Assembly (NCBI GenBank): GCA_028826165.1
Contig: JAPDFW010000083.1
Location: 186,001 to 250,000 of the forward strand
DNA from: Anaeramoeba ignava BMAN
Taxonomy: Eukaryota; Protista; Anaeramoebae
Reading direction: 5' to 3'
DNA length: 64,000 bases
A program made the translations under genes and the position numbers. How positions within the stretch are numbered: position 1 is the first letter of the stretch; every line of letters starts with the position of its first letter. The notes beneath the pieces were generated by a model. The model did no database searches, was not told the origin of the DNA, and saw only the letters and a program-made list of their open reading frames with translations. Positions 40,914 to 51,100 of the stretch are shown here, piece after piece.

Positions 40914-41636
40914 ATGCTTCCTCAATTTATTTCAATTACAAATTCAAAATTTCAATTACCAAAACAAACTTTCCAACTTTTCAAACAATTTTCATCAATT
41001 CCAATAAGTGGGAAAAGTCATCCAGATTTTCTTCCCAAAATCAAATCACCAGATTCACCTGAAGCCAAAAAAATACTTGCAAGAATTAATAAAGTGAATT
41101 AAAATCAAAATCGAAATTAAAATTAAAATTCATTTACAAAATTAAAATTAAAATCAAAATTAAAATTTAAATTAAAATTAAAATTAAAATTAAAATTAAA
41201 ATTAAAATTAAAATTAAAATTAAAAATAAAATTCATTTATAAAATTAAAATCAAAATTAAAATTAAAATTAAAATTCATTTACAAAATTTAAATAAAATT
41301 CATTTATAAAATCAAAATTATAAAATTTTAATAAAGATCATAAAACAAAATCCAGTCGTTTTATTTCTTAAAGGAACTCAAAAAACACCTGGACATGGTT
41401 ACAACAGAGCTTTCGTTCAAGTTTTAAATTTAGAAAAAGCAAAATTTCTTGGTATTGATGTTAGTGAAGACTCAGAAGCTCTTGATGGTGTTAGAGCAAT
41501 TACTAAAATTGATGAAATTCCTCAATTATTTATTGGAGGTAAATTCGTTGGAGTTGGAAAAGATGTTCTTGATAAATACAGGACAGGTGATTTAGAAGAT
41601 TTACTTATTGAATCTGGTGCTGAATTTGTTGATTAA
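40914..41636 (+). CDS. Organelle-targeted monothiol glutaredoxin Grx5/GRXS15-like protein lacking the active-site Cys
   Basis: Exon 1 is 40914-41093, the intron 41094-41336 and exon 2 41337-41636. It translates to ...SHPDFLPK...IIKQNPVVLFLKGTQKTPGHGYNRAFVQVL...IPQLFIGGKFVGVG...GDLEDLL; the N-terminus is presequence-like. Confidence 0.85.
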
Positions 41637-41706
41637 AAAAAAAAAATCGAAAAATTTTTTTGGATAATTTTTTTGGATAATTTTTGCTTTATTTTTTAAT
41701 TTTTCT

Positions 41707-43128
41707 TCATTTGAAATAAACTTCAATTTCTTCCACTTCCCATTTATCAAAACTTCCTGCAAAAAATTCTTTTGCTTCTTTTGATCGATATCTAATTCCT
41801 TTTGGTAATTCAAAAACAAAACCAAAATAAGTCCAACCACTTTTCAAATCACGAGTAATAGCAATATCGTGACCATGACCAAAACTAGGTCCACAACCAG
41901 TTTTATAGCAAACAGCTTGGCCTTCCTTTTTTTTCTGAACATGGAATTTTTGTGGTTCGAAATTTTTTGGATTAACAAGAGAAAAAATAAAAGCTTTTGG
42001 ATCGGCAATATCAACTTGTCCCGAATTAACCCAACCAATTTCAGTATATCCCCCAAAAATATATCCTTCTTTCGTTTTAATCAATGCCAAACTCTCGCCG
42101 TGATCATCGCATATTTCATGGAATTCTTTGCAATCGAACCCATCTCTTGTTGCTTGAAACCCAAGATTCATATTCTCATAAAATTCATCTGATTCAATCC
42201 ACTTTTTCAATAGTTCTTTGTGCTTCTCATCCTCGACAATCATCGAATCGCTAAATGGATTTCTCGCATTACTCTGCGTTTTTTCATCGCTGGGTATTTG
42301 GTTCTCATTTGTAATTTGGTCGTTCTTCTCCGAATCCAAATTTTGTTCCACTTTTTTTTCTTCACAAAATTTTGTTTTGAGGTTTTCAGATAAGACATTA
42401 AGTTTACAAACTTGGGCCAATTCTTTTTGGTTCATTTGTGAAAAATCTACATAAACAAGAAATGCTGAGATCGAATCCTTGATAAACTCTGGCTGTTTAT
42501 CTAGTAAATTTGCATATGGATCAAGCAAGTTGTGTTTTCTCGACCATTTAACAAATAACATTAATAAATCAAACTGACTTTTTGGATTAAAACTTGGATT
42601 CTGCACAATTTTCAGAAGTACATCAAAGGAGACAAAACATAAACGCTCCTGATCAGGAAGATGATCAAAATTCTTTGCTGCAAAATCACAATACAAATTG
42701 AAAAGATCAGGAACACTTGATGTTTCTGTTTCTTCTAATACAGAAACCACATTTTGTGACGAGACACTTGTTCTCAAATAACATTCTGCCAAGTCATGAA
42801 GTCCCTTCAATCCAAGCTTCTCAGACAATTTCCAGATCTCTAATACACTGTCTCGAGTCAAGTTAACATCTCCTGAGTAAATGAAATCAAGAATTTTTTC
42901 GATTGTATTTGTTGAATAATTTCCAATTTCAAATTCTGCTAATTCTGGATTGTTTTCAAAGAGTTTTTGAAAAAAAATACTTCTTGAATTGAGAATGGCT
43001 TTATGAGTTGAAAAATGTGTGTCATTTGATTCTGTTGTGATTTCAAAATCGCAAAATTGTTTGATTTTTCTACTTTCAAAAATTTGTTTTATAAAAATTT
43101 GTTGATTTAATTCTTTAATTTCTTGCAT
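41707..43128 (-). CDS. BTB/POZ-BACK-TLDc domain protein
   Basis: BTB (CDFEI...THKAILNSRS.FF, ILDFIYSG) and TLDc (FQATRDGF...FHEICD, IFGGYT, AFIFSL, GPSFG.GHDI, VEEIEVY). Confidence 0.88.
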   Translation of the reverse strand: MQEIKELNQQIFIKQIFESRKIKQFCDFEITTESNDTHFSTHKAILNSRSIFFQKLFENNPELAEFEIGNYSTNTIEKILDFIYSGDVNLTRDSVLEIWKLSEKLGLKGLHDLAECYLRTSVSSQNVVSVLEETETSSVPDLFNLYCDFAAKNFDHLPDQERLCFVSFDVLLKIVQNPSFNPKSQFDLLMLFVKWSRKHNLLDPYANLLDKQPEFIKDSISAFLVYVDFSQMNQKELAQVCKLNVLSENLKTKFCEEKKVEQNLDSEKNDQITNENQIPSDEKTQSNARNPFSDSMIVEDEKHKELLKKWIESDEFYENMNLGFQATRDGFDCKEFHEICDDHGESLALIKTKEGYIFGGYTEIGWVNSGQVDIADPKAFIFSLVNPKNFEPQKFHVQKKKEGQAVCYKTGCGPSFGHGHDIAITRDLKSGWTYFGFVFELPKGIRYRSKEAKEFFAGSFDKWEVEEIEVYFK

Positions 43129-43231
43129 TTTTTTTTTGAATTTGCTTTTTAAAAAAAAAAATGAAATGATCTTATTTTGATTTGATTTATCAAAAAAAAA
43201 AAAATGAGAAAGAAAGAAAGAAAAAAAAAAA

Positions 43232-46200
43232 TTATTTCTTTTTTAAATTCATAAAACCAAGATCTGGAATTGAAGAAAGAAATTGTTCTGAAATTTTATC
43301 AAATTTATTATCCAAAACATTTTCATTTGAATTTTCAACTTGATTTTGCTGATTAATAACTTTTTGGAAAAGATCTTGACTGAAAAGAAGAATTTGATTT
43401 AAATCGTTTTTATCAAAATTATAATTATTTGTAAGAGTGTTTTGATTCCATTTGATTTCATTAGTAAAACTTGATAAAATTTCAAGTTTTTTCTTTTTTT
43501 CTTGATTTTTGTTGAATATTTTTAAAATTTGATTTTGGATTAATGATAAATTTGTTTGTTGGTATAAATTTGTTTGGATTTGATAAATTTCTTTTGGGAT
43601 TTCATTTTCCTTTTCAATTTGATTTTGATTTTGATTTTCAAATTGATTTTGATTTTGATTTTGATTTTCATTTTCGAATTCATTTTGATTTTCAATTTCA
43701 TTTTTATTTTCAATTTCATTTTGATTTTCATTTTCGAATTGATTTTGTAAAGTTTCTTCATTTAAAGGTGGAAAATCATCAAAATTTTGTTGAAAACCTG
43801 AAAAGTCTTGGAATTCATTAAATTCAGAAAAATCTGGATTAAAATCATTTTCATTTTCATTTTCATTATATTCAGTAAATTTTATTGTAGAATCTTCAAA
43901 AGGTTTAAATGTTGTTTCAATTTGTTCATTTTCATTTTCATTTTGATTTTCTTGATTTTCATCAAAAAATGAAGTTTGAAATTGATCATTTTGATTTTCA
44001 TTTTCATTTTCATTTTGATTTTCATTTTGATTTTCAATTTGATTTTCATTTTGATTTTCAATTTGATTTTCAATTTGATTTTCAATTTGATTTTCAATTT
44101 GGGAATTTACTTGTTGAGTTTCAAATTCTTGATGACTAATTTGTTCAAAAGAGCTAAATTCTTCAAATTGCATATTTTCAGTGAAGTTTTGGAAATCATT
44201 AAATCCTGATTCATCTAAATTGAATTCTATTTGTTGCTGAGATTCGTCTGGTTCAACAGTATTTTGGTCTTGATGAATGGTATACTTTTGTTTATCATTT
44301 TCATTTTGTTCTATATTATATTCTTCAATACTTTCTTTTTGAATATTATCATTATCTTGTTGAATATTATCATTATTTTGTTGAATATTATTTTGTTGAA
44401 TATTATCACTATCATGTTCAATATTATCATGTTCAATATTATCTTTATCTTGTTGAATATTATCACTATCATGTTCAATATTATCATGTTCAATATTATC
44501 TTTATCTTGTTCAATATTATCATTATTTTGTTCAATATTATTTTGTTGGATATTATCTTTATCTTGTTGAATATTATCATTGTTTTGTTCAATATTATCT
44601 TGTTCAATATTATCATTATTTTGTTCAATATTATTTTGTTCAATATTATCTTGTTCAATATTATCTTTGTTTTGTTCAATATTATTTTGTTCAATATTAT
44701 CTTGTTCAATATTATCTTTATTTTGTTCAATATTATCTTGTTCAATATTATCATTATTTTGTTCAATATTATCATTATCTTGTTGAATATTATCTTGTTG
44801 AATATTATCTTGTTCAATATTATCTTGTTCAATATTATCTTTATCTTGTTGAATATTATCTTTATCTTGTTCAATATTATCTTTATCTTGTTGAATATTA
44901 TCTTTATTTTGTTCAATATTATCTTGTTGAATATTATCATTATCATGTTCAATATTATCTTGTTGAATATTATCTTGTTGAATATTATCTTTATCTTGTT
45001 CAATATTATCTTGTTGAATATTATCTTTTTCAATATTATCTTGTTCAATATTATAATGTTCAATATTATCTTTTTCAATATTATCTTGTTCAATATTATC
45101 TTGTTGAATATTATCTTTATTTTGTTCAATATTATCTTGTTCAATATTATCTTTATTTTGTTCAATATTATCTTTATCTTGTTCAATATTATCATGTTCA
45201 ATATTATCATGTTCAATATTATCTTTATTTTGTTCAATATTATCATGTTCAATATTATCTTTATCTTGTTGAATATTATCTTTATCTTGTTCAATATTAT
45301 CTTTATTTTGTTCAATATTATCTTGTTGAATATTATCTTTATCATGTTCAATATTATCTTTATCTTGTTCAATATTATCTTTGTTTTGTTCAATATTATC
45401 TTGTTGAATATTATCATTATTTTGTTCAATTTTATCTTGTTGAATATTATCATTTTCAATATTATTTTGTTCAATATTATCATTATTTTGTTGAATATTA
45501 TTTTTATCTTGTTGAATATTATCTTTATCTTGTTCAATATTATCATTATCTTGTTGAATATTATCTTTATTTTGTTCAATATTATCTTGTTGAATATTAT
45601 CTTTATTTTGTTCAATATTATCTTTATCAATATTATCTTTATCATTTTGTTGAATATTATCTTGTTGAATATTATCTTGTTGGATATTATCTTGTTCAAT
45701 ATTATCTTTATCTTGTTCAATATTATCTTGTTGAATATTGTCTTGTTCGATATTACCTTTATCTTGTTGAATATTATCTTTATTTTGTTCAATATTATCA
45801 TGTTCAATATTATTTTTATTTTGTTGAATATTATTTTTATTTTGTTCAATATTATCTTTTTCTTGATTGTTTTCTGTTTTATCTTGTTCTTGTTCAATAT
45901 TATCTTTATCTTGTTGAATATTATCTTTGTTTTGTTCAATATTATCTTTATCTTGTTCAATATTATCTTTATTTTGTTCAATATTATCTTGTCCAATATT
46001 ATCTTGTTCAATATTATCTTGTTCAATATTATCTTTTTCTTGATTGTTTTCTGTTTTATCTTGTTCTTGTTCAATATTATCATTTTCAATATTATTTTGT
46101 TGAATATTATCTTGTTCAATATTATCTTTTTCAATATTATTTTGTTGAATATTATCTTTATCTTGTTGAATATTATCTTTATCTTGTTCAATATTATCTT

Positions 46201-47845
46201 TATCTTGTTCAATATTATCTTTATTTTGTTCAATATTATCTTGTTGAATATTATCATTATTTTGTTCAATATTATCTTGTTCAATATTATCTTTGCCTTG
46301 TTCGATATTATCTTTTTCAATATTATTTTGTTGAATATTATCTTTATCTTGTTGAATATTATCTTTATCTTGTTCAATATTATCTTTATCTTGTTCAATA
46401 TTATCTTTATTTTGTTCAATATTATCTTGTTGAATATTATCATTATTTTGTTCAATATTATCTTGTTCAATATTATCTTTATCTTTTTCAATATTATCAT
46501 GTCCAATATTATCTTGTCCAATATTATCTTGTTGAATATTATCTTGTTCAATATTATCTTGTTCAATATTATCTTGTTGAATATTATCTTGTTCAATATT
46601 ATCTTGTTGAATATTATCTTTATCTTTTTCAATATTATTTTGTTCAATATTATCATTTTCAATATTATCTTTATCATGTCCAATATTATTTTGTTCAATA
46701 TTATCTTGTTCAATATTATTTTGTTCAATATTATCTTTATCTTGTTGAATATTATCATTTTCAATATTATCTTTATTTTGTTCAATATTATCTTGTTCAA
46801 TATTATCTTTGCCTTGTTCAATATTATCTTTTTCAATATTATTTTGTTGAATATTATCATTATCTTGTTGAATATTGTCTTGTTCGATATTATCTTTATC
46901 TTGTTGAATATTATCTTTATTTTGTTCAATATTATCATTTTCAATATTATCTTTATCATGTCCAATATTATTTTGTTCAATATTATCTTGTTCAATATTA
47001 TCTTTATTTTGTTCAATATTATCTTGTTCAATATTATCTTGTTGAATATTATCTTTATCTTGTTCAATATTATCTTTATCTTTTTCAATATTATCTTTAT
47101 CTTGTTGAATATTATCTTTATTTTGTTCAATATTATCTTGTTCAATATTATCTTGTTCAATATTATCTTTATCTTGTTGAATATTATCATGTCCAATATT
47201 ATCTTTATCTTGTTGAATATTATCTTGTTGAATATTATCTTTATCTTGTTGAATATTATCTTTATCTTGTTCAATATTATCTTTATCTTGTTCAATATTA
47301 TCTTTATTTTGTTCAATATTATCTTGTTGAATATTATCATTATTTTGTTCAATATTATCTTGTTCAATATTATCTTTATCTTTTTCAATATTATCATGTC
47401 CAATATTATCTTGTCCAATATTATCTTGTTCAATATTATCATGTTCAATATTATCTTTATCTTGTTCAATATTATCTTGTTCAATATTATCATTATCATG
47501 TTCAATATTATTTTGTTCAATATTATCTTTATCTTGTTGAATATTATCTTTATCTTGTTCAATATTATCTTTATCTTGTTCGATATTATCTTTATCATGT
47601 CCAATATTATTTTGTTCAATATTATCTTGTTCAATATTATTTTGTTCAATATTATCTTTATCTTGTTGAATATTATCATTTTCAATATTATCTTGTTCAA
47701 TATTATCTTTGTCTTGTTGAATATTATCTTTATCTTGTTCAATATTATCTTTATCTTGTTCAATATTATCTTGTTGAATATTATCTTTATCTTGATTGTT
47801 TTCTGTTTTATCTTGTTCTTGTTGTTGCTCAAAATTTTGATTCAT
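43232..47845 (-). CDS. Aftiphilin-like acidic protein with ~1,150 aa of DNI(E/Q)Q repeats
   Basis: 1537-aa ORF with FNDF/FEEF/FSEF/FQDF/FDDF acidic-Phe motifs and a C-terminal FLSSIPDLGFM resembling the aftiphilin LPDLSFM end. Confidence 0.55.
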   Translation of the reverse strand: MNQNFEQQQEQDKTENNQDKDNIQQDNIEQDKDNIEQDKDNIQQDKDNIEQDNIENDNIQQDKDNIEQNNIEQDNIEQNNIGHDKDNIEQDKDNIEQDKDNIQQDKDNIEQNNIEHDNDNIEQDNIEQDKDNIEHDNIEQDNIGQDNIGHDNIEKDKDNIEQDNIEQNNDNIQQDNIEQNKDNIEQDKDNIEQDKDNIQQDKDNIQQDNIQQDKDNIGHDNIQQDKDNIEQDNIEQDNIEQNKDNIQQDKDNIEKDKDNIEQDKDNIQQDNIEQDNIEQNKDNIEQDNIEQNNIGHDKDNIENDNIEQNKDNIQQDKDNIEQDNIQQDNDNIQQNNIEKDNIEQGKDNIEQDNIEQNKDNIENDNIQQDKDNIEQNNIEQDNIEQNNIGHDKDNIENDNIEQNNIEKDKDNIQQDNIEQDNIQQDNIEQDNIEQDNIQQDNIGQDNIGHDNIEKDKDNIEQDNIEQNNDNIQQDNIEQNKDNIEQDKDNIEQDKDNIQQDKDNIQQNNIEKDNIEQGKDNIEQDNIEQNNDNIQQDNIEQNKDNIEQDKDNIEQDKDNIQQDKDNIQQNNIEKDNIEQDNIQQNNIENDNIEQEQDKTENNQEKDNIEQDNIEQDNIGQDNIEQNKDNIEQDKDNIEQNKDNIQQDKDNIEQEQDKTENNQEKDNIEQNKNNIQQNKNNIEHDNIEQNKDNIQQDKGNIEQDNIQQDNIEQDKDNIEQDNIQQDNIQQDNIQQNDKDNIDKDNIEQNKDNIQQDNIEQNKDNIQQDNDNIEQDKDNIQQDKNNIQQNNDNIEQNNIENDNIQQDKIEQNNDNIQQDNIEQNKDNIEQDKDNIEHDKDNIQQDNIEQNKDNIEQDKDNIQQDKDNIEHDNIEQNKDNIEHDNIEHDNIEQDKDNIEQNKDNIEQDNIEQNKDNIQQDNIEQDNIEKDNIEHYNIEQDNIEKDNIQQDNIEQDKDNIQQDNIQQDNIEHDNDNIQQDNIEQNKDNIQQDKDNIEQDKDNIQQDKDNIEQDNIEQDNIQQDNIQQDNDNIEQNNDNIEQDNIEQNKDNIEQDNIEQNNIEQNKDNIEQDNIEQNNIEQNNDNIEQDNIEQNNDNIQQDKDNIQQNNIEQNNDNIEQDKDNIEHDNIEHDSDNIQQDKDNIEHDNIEHDSDNIQQNNIQQNNDNIQQDNDNIQKESIEEYNIEQNENDKQKYTIHQDQNTVEPDESQQQIEFNLDESGFNDFQNFTENMQFEEFSSFEQISHQEFETQQVNSQIENQIENQIENQIENQNENQIENQNENQNENENENQNDQFQTSFFDENQENQNENENEQIETTFKPFEDSTIKFTEYNENENENDFNPDFSEFNEFQDFSGFQQNFDDFPPLNEETLQNQFENENQNEIENKNEIENQNEFENENQNQNQNQFENQNQNQIEKENEIPKEIYQIQTNLYQQTNLSLIQNQILKIFNKNQEKKKKLEILSSFTNEIKWNQNTLTNNYNFDKNDLNQILLFSQDLFQKVINQQNQVENSNENVLDNKFDKISEQFLSSIPDLGFMNLKKK

Positions 47846-48151
47846 TTTTATTTTAAATTAATTTAATTAAAAAAAATGAAAAAAAAAAAGGAGAAAAATA
47901 AAAAATAAATAAAAAATAAAAAATAAAAATAAAAAAAGAAGAAAAAATAAAAACGTTAAAAAAGAAAAATTAAAATTTAAATTAAATTTAAATTAGATTT
48001 TATTTTAATTTTAAATTAGATTTTGGATTTGGAATTAAAAAAAAAAGAAAAAAAAAAAAAAAAAAATTTTCAAAACAAAAACAACAAAAATCATTTTTTT
48101 TCTTTTTTTAAAAAAAAAAAACAAATTTAAAAATTATTTTAATTTTTAATA

Positions 48152-51100
48152 ATGTGTTTCAACCAACCAACATCTTTAGTTTTCACAATTTTAGGTATAA
48201 TAACATCAATATTTCTACGAAAAGCAAAATTTCTGCAAAAAGATAGAAGAATTTGGAGAATTTACGTTGGACTTGATTATTTTACAGCAATGGAATTACT
48301 TCAATTTTTTCAGTATTTTTGGATTGAAGAACCAGATCGTTTTATGAATAAATTTCTGACATGGATAGCCATTTTACACATTTCATTCCAACCTTTTTTC
48401 TCGAATTTAATGGCGAGTTATGACATTAAGAAAAGTCTCCAAAAATCATTTGATGTTTTTGTTATGCCTTTAAGTATGGTAACTGGGATTTTCTTAAGTT
48501 CTCGGATGTTAATTTTCCCAGAACATATGTGCAATTCCAAAATGGATCCGTTATGCGGAAATACAACACAGACAACAATGGGTGTTGTGCATTTGAAGTG
48601 GGTCTGTAGACTTCGCGCTCCTAATTATTTCACGCCAAGTGCTTTTGCTCATTTCTTTTTTATGTTTATATCCCCCTTTCTTTCCGGCAATGCTCTTTCT
48701 GCCATTTTGCTTTTTATTACCGGTCCAACTTTCGGTTATTTGCTTTCACGAAATAAGGATGAGTGGGCTTCCATTTGGTGCTTCTATTCTATTGGTCAGT
48801 CTATTTGTGGCATCTTGTTGTCTTTGTATGGCTATTCTCGAAGAAAAACTAAATTTTATTTGGATTCAAAAATTGCTCAATTGAACGAATTTCAAGAACA
48901 GAAACAAATTGATGAAAAGTCAAAAGGAAAACCAAAAGGAAAACCAAAAGGAAAACCAAAAGGAAAACCAAAAGGAAATCAACAAAGGAAAGCAAAACGA
49001 AATCAAAGAAAAAAGAAAAAACAGACCGTTGAAAAAAAGAAAACAAAACTTGTTGTTAAGCAAACTGATGAAAAATTAAAACCAAAAGAAATTGATGAAA
49101 AATCAAAAGAAACAAAAGATAAACAATCAAAAGAAACAAAAGATGAAAAACCAAAAGAAATTAAGGATAAACAATCAAAAGAAACAAAAACAAAAACAAA
49201 AGATGAACAACCAAAAGAAATAAAAGATGAACAAACAAAAGATGAACAAACAAAAGAAATAAAAGATGAACAATCAAAAGAAACAAAAGATAAACAACCA
49301 AAAGAAACAGAAATAAAATCAAAAGAAACAAAAGATAAACAACCAAAAGAAACAAAAGATGAACAACCAAAAGAAACAAAAGATAAACAATCAAAAGAAA
49401 TAAAAGATGAACAAACAAAAGAAACAAAAGATAAACAATCAAAAGAAACAGAAACAAAAGATGAACAAACAAAAGAAATAAAAGATGAACAATCAAAAGA
49501 AATAAAAGATGAACAATCAAAAGAAATAAAAGATCAACAATCAAAAGAAACAGAAATAAAAGATGAACAAACAAAAGAAATAAAAGATGAACAATCAAAA
49601 GAAATAAAAGATCAACAATCAAAAGAAACAGAAATAAAATCAAAAGAAATAAAAGATGAACAAACAAAAGAAATAAAAGATGAAAAATCAAAAGAAACAA
49701 AAGATGAACAATCAAAAGAAATAAAAGATGAACAATCAAAAGAAACAGAAATAAAATCAAAAGAAACAAAAGATGAACAAACAAAAGAAATAAAAGATGA
49801 ACAATCAAAAGAAACAGAAATAAAATCAAAAGAAACAGAAATAAAAGATGAACAACCAAAAGAAATTAAGGATAAACAATCAAAAGAAACAGAAACAAAA
49901 GATGAACAAACAAAAGAAATAAAAGATGAACAAACAAAAGAAATAAAAGATGAACAATCAAAAGAAACAAAAGATAAACAACCAAAAGAAACAGAAATAA
50001 AATCAAAAGAAACAAAAGATGAACAACCAAAAGAAACAAAAGATGAACAAACAAAAGAAACAGAAATAAAATCAAAAGAAACAGAAATAAAATCAAAAGA
50101 AACAAAAGATGAACAAACAAAAGAAACAAAAGATGAACAACCAAAAGAAACAAAAGATAAACAATCAAAAGAAATAAAAGATGAACAATCAAAAGAAACA
50201 GAAATAAAATCAAAAGAAACAAAAGATGAACAAACAAAAGAAACAAAAGATGAACAAACAAAAGAAACAGAAATAAAATCAAAAGAAACAGAAATAAAAT
50301 CAAAAGAAACAAAAGATAAACAACCAAAAGAAATAAAAGATAAACAATCAAAAGAAACAGAAATAAAATCAAAAGAAATAAAAGATGAACAACCAAAAGA
50401 AACAAAAGATGAACAACCAAAAGAAACAAAAACAAAAGATAAACAATCAAAAGAAATAAAAGATGAACAATCAAAAGAAACAGAAATAAAATCAAAAGAA
50501 ACAGAAATAAAAGATGAACAAACAAAAGAAACAGAAATAAAATCAAAAGAAACAAAAGATAAACAAACAAAAGAAACAAAAGATGAACAAACAAAAGAAA
50601 CAGAAATAAAATCAAAAGAAACAAAAACAAAAGATGAACAAACAAAAGAAACAAAAGATGAACAAACAAAAGAAACAGAAACAAAAGATGAAAAAACAAA
50701 AGAAACAAAAGATGAAGAAATCAAAAAAAGAAAAAAAGATAAAAACAAAACAAAAGAAAACAAAAGAAACAAAAGATGAACAACAAAAAAAACAGAAATA
50801 AAAGATGAACAAACAAAAGAAACAGAAATAAAATCAAAAGAAATAAAATCAAAAGAAACAAAAGATAAACAAACAAAAGAAACAAAAGATGAACAACCAA
50901 AAGAAACAGAAATAAAATCAAAAGAAACAAAAGATGAACAAACAAAAGAAACAAAAGATGAACAAACCAAAAGAAACAAAAGATAAACAACCAAAAGAAA
51001 CAAAAGATGAAAAAACAAAAGAAACAAAAGATAAACAACCAAAAGAAACAAAAGATGAACAAACAAAAGAAACAAAAGATAAACAACCAAAAGAAACAGA

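Noticed and set aside
44231-47866. Long hydrophobic ORFs on opposite strands or frames (44231-47866 +, 44311-47832 -, and the many F/L/I-rich ORFs at 49-59 kb, 19640-20161 and 2978-3670)
   Set aside because: These are shadow frames of coding repeats that happen to lack stop codons.
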